A stretch of DNA of 7,991 bases from a virus (IMGVR_UViG_3300011226_000007), one strand, 5' to 3'. Shown: positions 1 to 6,307, counted from the stretch's first letter. Numbers and translations are program-made. The notes: generated from the sequence alone by a model not told the origin.

Positions 1-127
1 CATATTCACGACGAGCAATGCGGCTACCCTGCGGCGTCAGCAGAATGTCCCGCACCGACTGGCGCAGATGGTCAATATCAGTAATAACTTTGCCGTTGGT
101 ATTGTTCATCCCGCTATAAAGCGTCAT
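1..127 (-). CDS. W: Baseplate assembly protein W (gp25/GPW-like), 5' part only; 3' end lies beyond the window start
   Basis: Not in the ORF track because it runs off the edge. Reverse-complement of 1..127 reads ATG at 127..125 then MTLYSGMNNTNGKVITDIDHLRQSVRDILLTPQGSRIARREY..., which resembles the P2 gpW N-terminus. Its ATG overlaps the V stop (ATGA). Confidence 0.75.
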   Translation of the reverse strand, partial: MTLYSGMNNTNGKVITDIDHLRQSVRDILLTPQGSRIARREY

Positions 128-702
128 ACCGGGCCTCCGGTTGTATCGCCGCCTTTCAGGACGCCAGTATGCTGATGCGCATCAACCACGATCCCGTTAG
201 AACTCATCGCTCCGCCGCCCTGGGTAACGCCACCATTGATCACCACTTCGCTGTCAATGCGCGTGCGGTCAGCCTCCAGTACAAACTCACTGGTTTTCAT
301 GGTGATGTTGTCAGCGGCCTCAATGACCATTGATTTGATGCCCCTGACATACCAGCGCCCGGTGGCGGGTTCGTATTCAAACCAGCCACCGTCAGGATGT
401 TCTGTCACGCAGGCGTCCGCCGACGTCGACGGTGGTGCGAACTGATTCGAATAGATGGCGGGTAACGCAAAGGCGGTTTCCAGATTGCCGCCCAGACTCA
501 GCAGCACCACCTGCTCACCTTCCGATGGTCGCCACCATGTCCGGGCATTCCCGGCACGCAGGGTCAGCCAGCTGATCCAGTTGGTTTCTAAGTCGCCTGT
601 TTTCACCCGGCAAAGCCAGTTCTCTCGGTCCACTTCGGTCACGATGCCGGTGCGGATCAGGTTGGTGATAAGGCGCATGATTTCGGTTAATTGTACGTTC
701 AC
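124..702 (-). CDS. V: Baseplate assembly / tail spike protein V
   Basis: 192 aa ORF; sequence MNVQLTEIMRLITNLIRTGIVTEVD...HQHTGVLKGGDTTGGPV resembles P2 gpV over its whole length (recall, not a search). Start is GTG at 702 preceded by purine-rich RBS AAGGGGGGAAGG (reverse-complement of about 705..716). Stop TGA overlaps the W start. Confidence 0.9.
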   Translation of the reverse strand: MNVQLTEIMRLITNLIRTGIVTEVDRENWLCRVKTGDLETNWISWLTLRAGNARTWWRPSEGEQVVLLSLGGNLETAFALPAIYSNQFAPPSTSADACVTEHPDGGWFEYEPATGRWYVRGIKSMVIEAADNITMKTSEFVLEADRTRIDSEVVINGGVTQGGGAMSSNGIVVDAHQHTGVLKGGDTTGGPV

Positions 703-739
703 CCTTCCCCCCTTAAAGATGAACTGTATCTCAATAAGT

Positions 740-748
740 TGTATTATT
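740..748 (+). promoter_or_regulatory. Possible sigma70-type -10 element (TG-TATTAT) for the cargo operon
   Basis: AT-rich 87 bp divergent intergenic region 703..789; TATTAT at 742..747 preceded by TG at 740..741; no convincing -35. About 40 nt upstream of the ATPase ATG at 790. Weak, sequence-only guess. Confidence 0.2.
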
Positions 749-762
749 ATCAGTGTTGTAGT

Positions 763-780
763 TGTACTGTTAACGACACA
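763..780. promoter_or_regulatory. TGT-N12-ACA dyad, candidate Ogr/Delta-type late activator site (putative P_V late promoter element)
   Basis: TGTactgttaacgacACA at 763..780 is the only exact TGT-N12-ACA in the V upstream region. P2 late promoters (P_P, P_O, P_V, P_F) carry this dyad centred near -55. Centred here at about 771.5, which would put the TSS near 717, very close to the V RBS, so spacing is tight. Confidence 0.3.
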
Positions 781-789
781 AGGGAATAT

Positions 790-2019
790 ATGCTTACATC
801 AATAAATGAAATTCATGCTCCAATTCCATACACTAATAAGACAGCAAACTTATTTCTTGAGGGTAAAAATCTCATAATAACTGGTGGTAACGGGTGTGGA
901 AAAACTAGTTTCATTAGATCTATTTATGATTTCCTTAAAAGTAAGATAGATACACCTAATGATCATAATATTAATAATTTATACAGTACGTTAGAGTCCT
1001 ACAAATATCAATTGAATAGCGACGGGCGTGACGGCTTTAATTACGACTTTTATTCTGAAGAAATAAAAAAGATTGAATTAAAAATTGAACAATTAAAAGC
1101 CATTAGAATAGAAACAAAAGAAAAAGAAGGTGAAATTCGTTCACTATTGAGATTTCACAAAGCTCTACGTGAAGCATCAATTACCTCGCCAGTCGCCGTT
1201 CCTAGGCTATCAGCTTTAATTAAAGAAAAGTCACATTTTTCTAATGAAGTAGATGGTGATGATTTCTTTGAGAATTATTTGGTTAGCTTAAAAACCGCTC
1301 AGAGCTATGCAATTTCTTTTGATAATGACCATAATAAAGCTCAGCGGATACAGGAATGGTTTGATAAAATTGAAACTGATATGCAGGAACTTTTTGAAGA
1401 TAAAAACCTCTTACTAACGTTTGATAGTAACGAAGGAAAATTTTATCTCAATCAAGATGGTAAAGATAAGTTTACTTTTCAAACATTATCTTCTGGCTAC
1501 TCATCAATATTGAGAATTTATGCTGACTTAATAATGAGAGTAGAGATGTGGGAGTTAACACCTGACAGTATCGAAGGTATTGTTTTTATTGATGAAATAG
1601 ATGCGCATTTACATGTTTCTTTGCAAAAGCAAATATTAAGATTTTTTAGTCACGCCTTTCCTAAAGTACAATTCATTGTGACTACACATTCTCCGTTTGT
1701 TGTTACATCCGTCACAAATGCCATCATTTATGATCTGTCGACCAACACGCAAATTAGTGATGTATCTTCATATTCTTACGGTATCATCCTTCAAGAGTTA
1801 TTTGGAGTAAGTCCAATATCTAAAGTTCTTTCAGATAAGTTAGAACAACTTCAAGATATTATTGATAATATTAACAACAACAATATTGAAACTGCCAATA
1901 ACATAATACAATCCTTAGCACCTTTAGATGAATCCATGGACATAAATGCAAGTGCATTTATTGACTATGCAAAAATGCAGGTTTTAAAATATAAAAAAGC
2001 AAATTCTCAGGAGAAATAA
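790..2019 (+). CDS. ABC-type ATPase (AAA_15/AAA_21-like) with coiled-coil insertion; Septu PtuA-like defence ATPase candidate
   Basis: Track ORF 691..2019; preferred start ATG 790 (RBS AAGGGA at 780..785), because the 691..789 extension overlaps the V start and its upstream region. Walker A TGGNGCGKTS at 883..909; K/E-rich coiled-coil segment (EEIKKIELKIEQLKAIRIETKEKEGEIRSLL); signature-like TLSSGYSS; Walker B plus D-loop IVFIDEIDAHLH at 1579..1614; H-loop FIVTTHSPF. About 30% GC. Stop TAA 2017..2019 overlaps the next ATG. Confidence 0.8.
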   Translation: MLTSINEIHAPIPYTNKTANLFLEGKNLIITGGNGCGKTSFIRSIYDFLKSKIDTPNDHNINNLYSTLESYKYQLNSDGRDGFNYDFYSEEIKKIELKIEQLKAIRIETKEKEGEIRSLLRFHKALREASITSPVAVPRLSALIKEKSHFSNEVDGDDFFENYLVSLKTAQSYAISFDNDHNKAQRIQEWFDKIETDMQELFEDKNLLLTFDSNEGKFYLNQDGKDKFTFQTLSSGYSSILRIYADLIMRVEMWELTPDSIEGIVFIDEIDAHLHVSLQKQILRFFSHAFPKVQFIVTTHSPFVVTSVTNAIIYDLSTNTQISDVSSYSYGIILQELFGVSPISKVLSDKLEQLQDIIDNINNNNIETANNIIQSLAPLDESMDINASAFIDYAKMQVLKYKKANSQEK

Positions 2020-2680
2020 TGTTCAAGGTTAATAGAACATATCCTGCACCAAAGTCGCTTTCCAAGAAAGTACGTTATGACGGTGCTGATGTACATGAAG
2101 CACTACAGGAATGCTTTTATGGAAAATGTTACATTTGCGAAACAAAGAACCCTTTGGATATAAACATTGAACATTTTAAACCCAAGGGTGATGATGTGGA
2201 AAGAGCTTTTGATTGGGATAATTTATATCTATCATGTTCCAGATGTAACAATATAAAACTATCAAAATATGACAACATTCTTGANNNNNNNNNNGCTGTA
2301 AAGAAAAGGTATGGGATCGAGTAAAATTACTCCCAGGATATTCTTATAAAGCAAAAAAAATAACAGTAACAGCACTATTTAATGATATTGAAACGCAGAC
2401 GACCGCAGAGTTACTTGAGAAAGTATATAATAGCGATCATACCATGAGTAAAAAATTAACTTCTGCGGCACTTCGTACTCAAGTAGTGAAAACAACCCAA
2501 AAACTAATAAAAAATATTAATGAATATTATGAAGAAGATACTCCAACAGAACAAAAAAAATACTTAATTGAAAAAATGAAGATGATGATAAAAAGAGACG
2601 CAGCTTTTTCATCATTTTGCAGATGGATCATTATGGAAGATGCTGAATTAGGTCCAATTCTTGAACCATTTATGGATTAG
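2019..2680 (+). CDS. HNH-family nuclease (Septu PtuB-like candidate); single gene split in the track by a frame-breaking 10-N run
   Basis: ATG 2019 with RBS AGGAG at 2009..2013. HNH motifs: CYIC at 2127..2138, EHFKPK (His at 2172..2174), CSRCNN at 2235..2252. The track frame stops 9 codons after the N run (2285..2294), but the +2 frame is stop-free from 2297 through the track ORF 2444..2680 (49 codons without a stop in 30%-GC DNA). So 2019..2324 and 2444..2680 are most likely one gene of about 220 aa. Stop TAG 2678..2680. Confidence 0.7.
2285..2294. other. N run (10 nt), unknown sequence inside the HNH gene
   Basis: Directly visible; flanking coding frames differ, so the true length is not 10. 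Confidence 1.
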
Positions 2681-2683
2681 TAG

Positions 2684-2718
2684 TAAAAAGCCGCCTTCTA
2701 AGAAGGCGGTATTGATTA
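2684..2718. terminator. Rho-independent terminator, likely bidirectional (stronger for minus-strand transcripts)
   Basis: Stem CCGCCTT (2691..2697) / AAGGCGG (2703..2709), extendable to 9 bp, with loop CTAAG. Minus-strand reading gives the hairpin followed by TTTTTACTA; plus-strand reading gives TATTGATTA. Sits immediately after the HNH stop and downstream of S. Confidence 0.5.
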
Positions 2719-2874
2719 CATCCTAAAAGGGCGCACCAAAACCTTTAAAAAGAATCCACTGCCAGTTTTGTAACATTTAAATTCAAAGGCAATAAGGTAG
2801 AGCCAAAACCAGTTGATGATCACGCCCAAAGGACGTGGTTTTCAGTCAGCAATAAATGAAGTAGTCTAGTCACA

Positions 2875-3324
2875 TTATTTTATTAACAACTGAAACAATA
2901 TATCTTTTACTATATTTTCTGCATATTCATTCATTCCAAGTAAACGACGCTCTGCGTATCGTACTTCCGGTCCTTTGCGACTAACACGATCACGCAGGCC
3001 GTAATGGTGAACACGGGCAATACGCTGTACCTTACCTTCAAACTGCACGCTGGCAGAATCGGCGCTGGCGGCAGTTTTCAGGTATTTTGTGGTGCGAAGC
3101 TTTGTAAACATCTGACGTTTGATGCGCCCCTTTTTACTACGTGCTGTTACCCTTCGCGGTTCATAGCTGCTGNNNNNNNNNNNNNNNNNNNNNNNNNNNN
3201 NNNNNNNNNNNNNNNNNNNNNNNNNNNNNNNNNNNNNNNNNNNCATCATGCGACTTCTCGTGGCTGGTTCCAGATTCGCCAGCAAGGCACTCAACCAGTC
3301 GTCCACCTTCTGCAGTTCAGCCAC
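2875..3324 (-). CDS. S: Tail completion / virion morphogenesis protein S
   Basis: 149 aa ORF in the P2 gpS position (downstream of R) and of the expected size (P2 gpS about 150 aa); GTG start at 3324 overlaps the R stop (GTGGCTGA). Contains a 71-nt N run (3173..3243), so the internal sequence is unknown. Identification is by position, size and general family resemblance. Confidence 0.65.
   Translation of the reverse strand: MAELQKVDDWLSALLANLEPATRSRMMXXXXXXXXXXXXXXXXXXXXXXXXSSYEPRRVTARSKKGRIKRQMFTKLRTTKYLKTAASADSASVQFEGKVQRIARVHHYGLRDRVSRKGPEVRYAERRLLGMNEYAENIVKDILFQLLIK
3173..3243. other. N run (71 nt) inside gene S
   Basis: Directly visible. Confidence 1.
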
Positions 3325-3748
3325 GTTTCACCGTCCACATTTCTTCAGGTTCATCGGGTTCTGCTACAGCTTCAACGCTCGACACACTGCCGTCAGTGCT
3401 GACCAGCACACGTTCCGTCAGTTGCAGGTTAAGGCTGATATCACAGACATCGTTGCGCAGAATATCCACCTCAAAGGTAAATAGTTTTTCCCGTAACGCC
3501 GGGTTATTGATGGCATCGGGCTGGTTATCCCGCAGCCACAGCAAAACCGGGGCCATCAGCAGATTCTGGTCGCCGCTGAAATCCTCAATCACCGCGTTCA
3601 GGGTGTAACGGTACTCCCACGACATGGAGCTGGCCCCCGTGGCAACCAGCGAACCGTTATCCACAAACAGATGCAGTTTGTCCGGGTTATTGCGGACATA
3701 AGGCACCGCTTTATTGAGGGCGTGGCGCAGGGATTGTGGTTTGTTCAC
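3317..3748 (-). CDS. R: Tail completion protein R
   Basis: Track ORF 3317..3769 begins at TTG; preferred start is GTG at 3748..3746 with RBS AGGAG 8 nt upstream, giving MNKPQSLRHALNKAV... which parallels the P2 gpR N-terminus (MLKPDSLRRAL...). The rest (FVDNGS..., LLWLRDNQPD..., TERVLVS) resembles gpR. Confidence 0.85.
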   Translation of the reverse strand: MNKPQSLRHALNKAVPYVRNNPDKLHLFVDNGSLVATGASSMSWEYRYTLNAVIEDFSGDQNLLMAPVLLWLRDNQPDAINNPALREKLFTFEVDILRNDVCDISLNLQLTERVLVSTDGSVSSVEAVAEPDEPEEMWTVKRG

Positions 3749-4001
3749 TGTTTCGCTCCTGACACGCAATAATCATGTCCACTTTGTCTGCACAGACCGC
3801 CCAGGCGGCCTCCGTTTCATCCAGCAACGCGTTCAGATCACCGTTAGTGCGCGGCGTTGCCTGATCCAGCCGACACGGCGTCACTCGCGGACAACCACTG
3901 ACGGTAAGCTGTACCTCCGGTGAGTGCCGGACGTTCCCGCAGCCGGGTAATGTCAGCAGGCAAAGGAGTATCAGCCCAGCGGCGTAAATCCTCGTTCTCA
4001 C
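3711..4001 (-). CDS. lysC: o-spanin (Rz1/LysC-like outer-membrane lipoprotein), embedded in the +1 frame of lysB
   Basis: 96 aa; N-terminal signal peptide with lipobox LTLPGC; Pro-rich C-terminus; starts inside lysB and extends past its stop, the P2 LysB/LysC overlapped arrangement. Overlaps the 5' end of R by about 38 nt in another frame. Confidence 0.65.
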   Translation of the reverse strand: MRTRIYAAGLILLCLLTLPGCGNVRHSPEVQLTVSGCPRVTPCRLDQATPRTNGDLNALLDETEAAWAVCADKVDMIIACQERNSEQTTIPAPRPQ

Positions 4002-4272
4002 GTTTCAGTTCCTCGATCCGGTGTTGTCGTTGTCTCAGCAGTGCGCTGGTCTGTTCTGCTTCGGCATAGAGCCGCGCCTGCTCCCGGTTATTGGTTTCAG
4101 TCAGAATGGACAGACCGATCAGCTGGCTGTTTTTCTTCGTCAGTTCCTGCGCTTTACTTTTCAGCGCCGCGCGCTGCGTTTCGATGGTGTGGCTGGCGCT
4201 GTTAAGCCGCCACGACTGCCAGCCCAGCGCAACGAGTGCCAGCGCCACCACTACTGCCAGCGCACGCGTCAT
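3844..4272 (-). CDS. lysB: i-spanin (Rz/LysB-like)
   Basis: 142 aa; N-terminal transmembrane segment ALAVVVALALVALGW followed by a charged coiled-coil periplasmic domain; ATG at 4272 overlaps the K stop (ATGA). Confidence 0.75.
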   Translation of the reverse strand: MTRALAVVVALALVALGWQSWRLNSASHTIETQRAALKSKAQELTKKNSQLIGLSILTETNNREQARLYAEAEQTSALLRQRQHRIEELKRENEDLRRWADTPLPADITRLRERPALTGGTAYRQWLSASDAVSAGSGNAAH

Positions 4273-4715
4273 AGTCCAGCTCCTTTAAGGCACCAGGCCA
4301 TCTCCCGCGCACGGCGGTTATCCAGCCCCTGATTAAAAACACCTTTCACATAAACCCAGCGCGGCAACTGTCGGCACGCATCCGCCCAGCGCCGCTGATT
4401 GAGCAATTTCACCAGCGTGGAGCTGNNNNNNNNNNACCTTTCCAGCGCCCTCTCCACACGCAGCACGTTGGAGATCATCCCTTCCGCTGCCTGTCGTTCC
4501 GTAATGGTTTTGCCCGGGATGACGCCCGATGTATTACCAATGCCGTCGGTCCAGACACCCGCGCTGCACTGATACGGCTGCAGACGACAGCCTTCGTAAT
4601 CAGCAATCAGTTTCAGCCCCTCCACGGAGGTGTGAAGCTGCTGAAAACCCGGCAGCGTGGCAGTAATAGCCAGCACGGTCCCGACAAGGCAGCGTTTAAC
4701 GATTGATGGATTCAT
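4269..4715 (-). CDS. K: Endolysin, T4-lysozyme/GH24-like with N-terminal SAR (signal-anchor-release) segment
   Basis: 148 aa as read (10-N run at 4426..4435 inside); N-terminal hydrophobic stretch VKRCLVGTVLAITATLPGF; lysozyme motifs EGLKLIADYEGCRLQPYQ...GVWTDGIGNTSG resemble P22 gp19 / phage 21 R-type lysozymes. ATG 4715 with RBS GGGAGGA. Confidence 0.85.
   Translation of the reverse strand: MNPSIVKRCLVGTVLAITATLPGFQQLHTSVEGLKLIADYEGCRLQPYQCSAGVWTDGIGNTSGVIPGKTITERQAAEGMISNVLRVERALERXXXXSSTLVKLLNQRRWADACRQLPRWVYVKGVFNQGLDNRRAREMAWCLKGAGL
4426..4435. other. N run (10 nt) inside endolysin gene K
   Basis: Directly visible; lysozyme-like sequence continues in the same frame on both sides. Confidence 1.
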
Positions 4716-4911
4716 AGTCCTCCCGCGAGATCTGCCCGTCGCGCAGAAGCTGGTAGGCTTTGTGTTTGTAGTACCAGTTGATAGCCAGCATCAGCACACC
4801 AATCATCAGGCCGCCCAGCGTTGAGGCATCCTTGATGGACAAATCGCCCAGCCAGGCCAGCACAACGGCGATGCAGTACGTGATAAAGGCGCTGATGCGC
4901 TCAAGCGTCAT
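4696..4911 (-). CDS. Small two-TM membrane protein, putative holin (possibly pinholin-type partner of the SAR endolysin)
   Basis: 71 aa; two hydrophobic helices (ISAFITYCIAVVLAWLG and LGGLMIGVLMLAINWYY) and a charged C-terminus; sits in the P2 gene Y position between X and K; 3' end overlaps the K start by 20 nt. Sequence is not recognisably P2 Y, so the symbol is left empty. Confidence 0.5.
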   Translation of the reverse strand: MTLERISAFITYCIAVVLAWLGDLSIKDASTLGGLMIGVLMLAINWYYKHKAYQLLRDGQISREDYESINR

Positions 4912-4914
4912 AAT

Positions 4915-5118
4915 TCAGTCCCATAGCTGGACGGTCTGCACGGTGGTGGTGGTCGGAATGTCCGGCAGCTCCACCTGCAGCCCGTGAGGTAAAAAGGGGC
5001 CATATTCGGCAAGCCCCGGATTTGCCTTCAGTACCTGCTCCGTGACACCCTGCGTGCGCCCGTAATGACGCCAGCAAAGCGCGTCTACCGTGTCATACTG
5101 GTGCGCACGCACTTTCAT
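4915..5118 (-). CDS. X: Tail protein X
   Basis: 67 aa MKVRAHQYDTVDALCWRHYGRTQGVTEQVLKANPGLAEYGPFLPHGLQVELPDI... resembles P2 gpX (also 67 aa). ATG at 5118 overlaps the L stop (TGATG). Confidence 0.9.
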   Translation of the reverse strand: MKVRAHQYDTVDALCWRHYGRTQGVTEQVLKANPGLAEYGPFLPHGLQVELPDIPTTTTVQTVQLWD

Positions 5119-5582
5119 CAGATAAGCTCCACCGTGCAGTGCGGTGCATCCTGCACCCGGCTGATAGCCCAGCGGGCATCACGCCACAGATCGCCGCTGG
5201 CTTCTGCCAGTTCCTCGCCTCGCTTCACACCGGATGCCGTAGCGTCATAGTCCTGGTATCGTTCGTTGAGCATGGCGCGTGCCCAGCAGTAAACCGCGTT
5301 GAAATAGTGCTGAATGCGCTCACTTTTCCCGTCCAGCTGTTCCGCCGGAACCTCTGCCAGCGACGCATATCCCAGCATCTGCTGGCGTCTGCGAAACTCA
5401 TACAGCTCTGCGTTGACCTCCGAAATTGCCGACAGCGCAACCTGCTTTAAACGCGGCTGCGTCACCGTGCCGTCAGTGCGCATGACACTGCGAAACTCCG
5501 ACAGGTCCACATCAGGCCAGAAAGGCGTATTTCTGATGATTTCTGCCTGTTCCGGTGCCTGTTCTGGCGCAACAAACTTCAT
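5118..5582 (-). CDS. L: Head completion / stabilisation protein L
   Basis: Track ORF 5118..5645; preferred start ATG 5582..5580 (MKFVAPEQ...) with RBS AGGAGA 7 nt upstream. ...TPFWPDVDLSEF..., NAELYEFRRRQ, LWRDARWAISRVQ resemble P2 gpL. Confidence 0.85.
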   Translation of the reverse strand: MKFVAPEQAPEQAEIIRNTPFWPDVDLSEFRSVMRTDGTVTQPRLKQVALSAISEVNAELYEFRRRQQMLGYASLAEVPAEQLDGKSERIQHYFNAVYCWARAMLNERYQDYDATASGVKRGEELAEASGDLWRDARWAISRVQDAPHCTVELI

Positions 5583-5675
5583 GCTGCTTTCTCCTGAAAT
5601 AAAGGGCGGTGGACGGGGTTTTGATGTGGAAGTGCCTTTCGCCACCCCGTGCCGCCCGTGCGCGGGGCACGTTCT

Positions 5676-6304
5676 TTAGCGGCTGTCACTGCGCAATTTG
5701 CGCTCCAGCTGCTGCTTTTCTTTTTTCACGCCGCAGCGGGGATCGAGCTGCAGCGCANNNNNNNNNNGCTTTCACTCAGGACAGCGCCAATCGCTTTATG
5801 CAGACGCGCCCGTGACTGGTCCGGCATATCCAGACCGTCTGTCAGTTCCAGCGTCTGCAGCAACAGATCGGCATCAAAGCCGGTGGCGGCAAGCATTGCG
5901 CTCTGCGCGGCGTCTGCCATTTCCTCTGCCAGCACGGTCTGCACGTTGCGGTTACCCAGCGGCATCACCCAGCCATGACGCAGGGCATGACGCCCGATCT
6001 CCAGCGCCCCGGCATAATCTCCGGCATCAATGCGCCACAGCATCACGTACATCAGCACGTCATCCTGTTGAGCGCCTCCGGCAGCCAGGACACCCTCCGC
6101 CCAGGCGGCGTACTTCGGCAGCAACTCCACTTTGATTTCCGCTTTTTTGACCGTGGACTGAACGCCCTTGAGACGGCGTCGGTCTTCCGCTAGTTGCAGC
6201 AGCATCAGGTCATAGCCCGACGCGTGGCGAACGCTGCCGCCCTCGCGGGCGGCCTGTTCAGCCTGAACGCTCAGGCGATGCTGCCGTGCGGGACTCAGGC
6301 TCAT
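5676..6304 (-). CDS. M: Terminase small (endonuclease) subunit M, interrupted by a frame-breaking N run
   Basis: N-terminal 176 aa (MSLSPARQHRL...LHKAIGAVLSES) resembles P2 gpM. After the 10-N run (5758..5767) the track frame stops at 5726, but a different frame reads LDPRCGVKKEKQQLERKLRSDSR then TAA at 5678..5676, resembling the gpM C-terminal region. So the true end is 5676 and the N run is not a 1:1 mask. ATG 6304 with RBS GGAGCG inside the end of N. Confidence 0.85.
5758..5767. other. N run (10 nt) inside terminase gene M
   Basis: Directly visible; frame-breaking (see M). Confidence 1.
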
Positions 6305-6307
6305 GGA

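Noticed and set aside
691-789. N-terminal extension of the ATPase ORF starting at ATG 691
   Set aside because: It would overlap the V start codon and RBS on the other strand and has no RBS of its own; ATG 790 has an AAGGGA RBS at correct spacing.
236-805. Plus-strand ORFs 236..445 and 455..805
   Set aside because: Entirely antisense to the well-supported V gene; no RBS; GC-rich shadow ORFs of the kind expected opposite a real gene.
2444-2680. Independent 78-aa gene downstream of the HNH ORF
   Set aside because: The frame is open for 49 codons upstream of its ATG, right back to the N run, and no RBS precedes 2444; best explained as the C-terminal part of the HNH gene.
3004-3608. Plus-strand ORFs 3004..3402, 3141..3608 and 3248..3484
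   Set aside because: Antisense to S and R, partly built from N-run X residues, low-complexity S/R/P-rich translations typical of GC-rich shadow frames.
3714-4332. Plus-strand ORFs 3714..3923, 4021..4332 and 4091..4288
   Set aside because: Antisense to the lysB/lysC spanin genes; no start context; Arg/Ser/Cys-rich shadow translations.
4778-5450. ORFs 4778..4987 (+), 5065..5250 (+), 5139..5450 (+) and 5225..5440 (-)
   Set aside because: They overlap the holin, X and L genes in antisense or alternative frames; the L/X calls have family resemblance and coupled starts, these do not.
5583-5645. Longer L start at 5645 (MAKGTSTSKPRPPPF...)
   Set aside because: The downstream ATG at 5582 has a consensus AGGAGA RBS and matches the homologue N-terminus; the extension is Pro/Ser-rich with no RBS.
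5641-5675. GC-rich near-palindrome between M and L (around 5645..5671)
   Set aside because: Stem pairing is imperfect and there is no T tract on the transcribed strand; not convincing as a terminator within a co-transcribed late operon.
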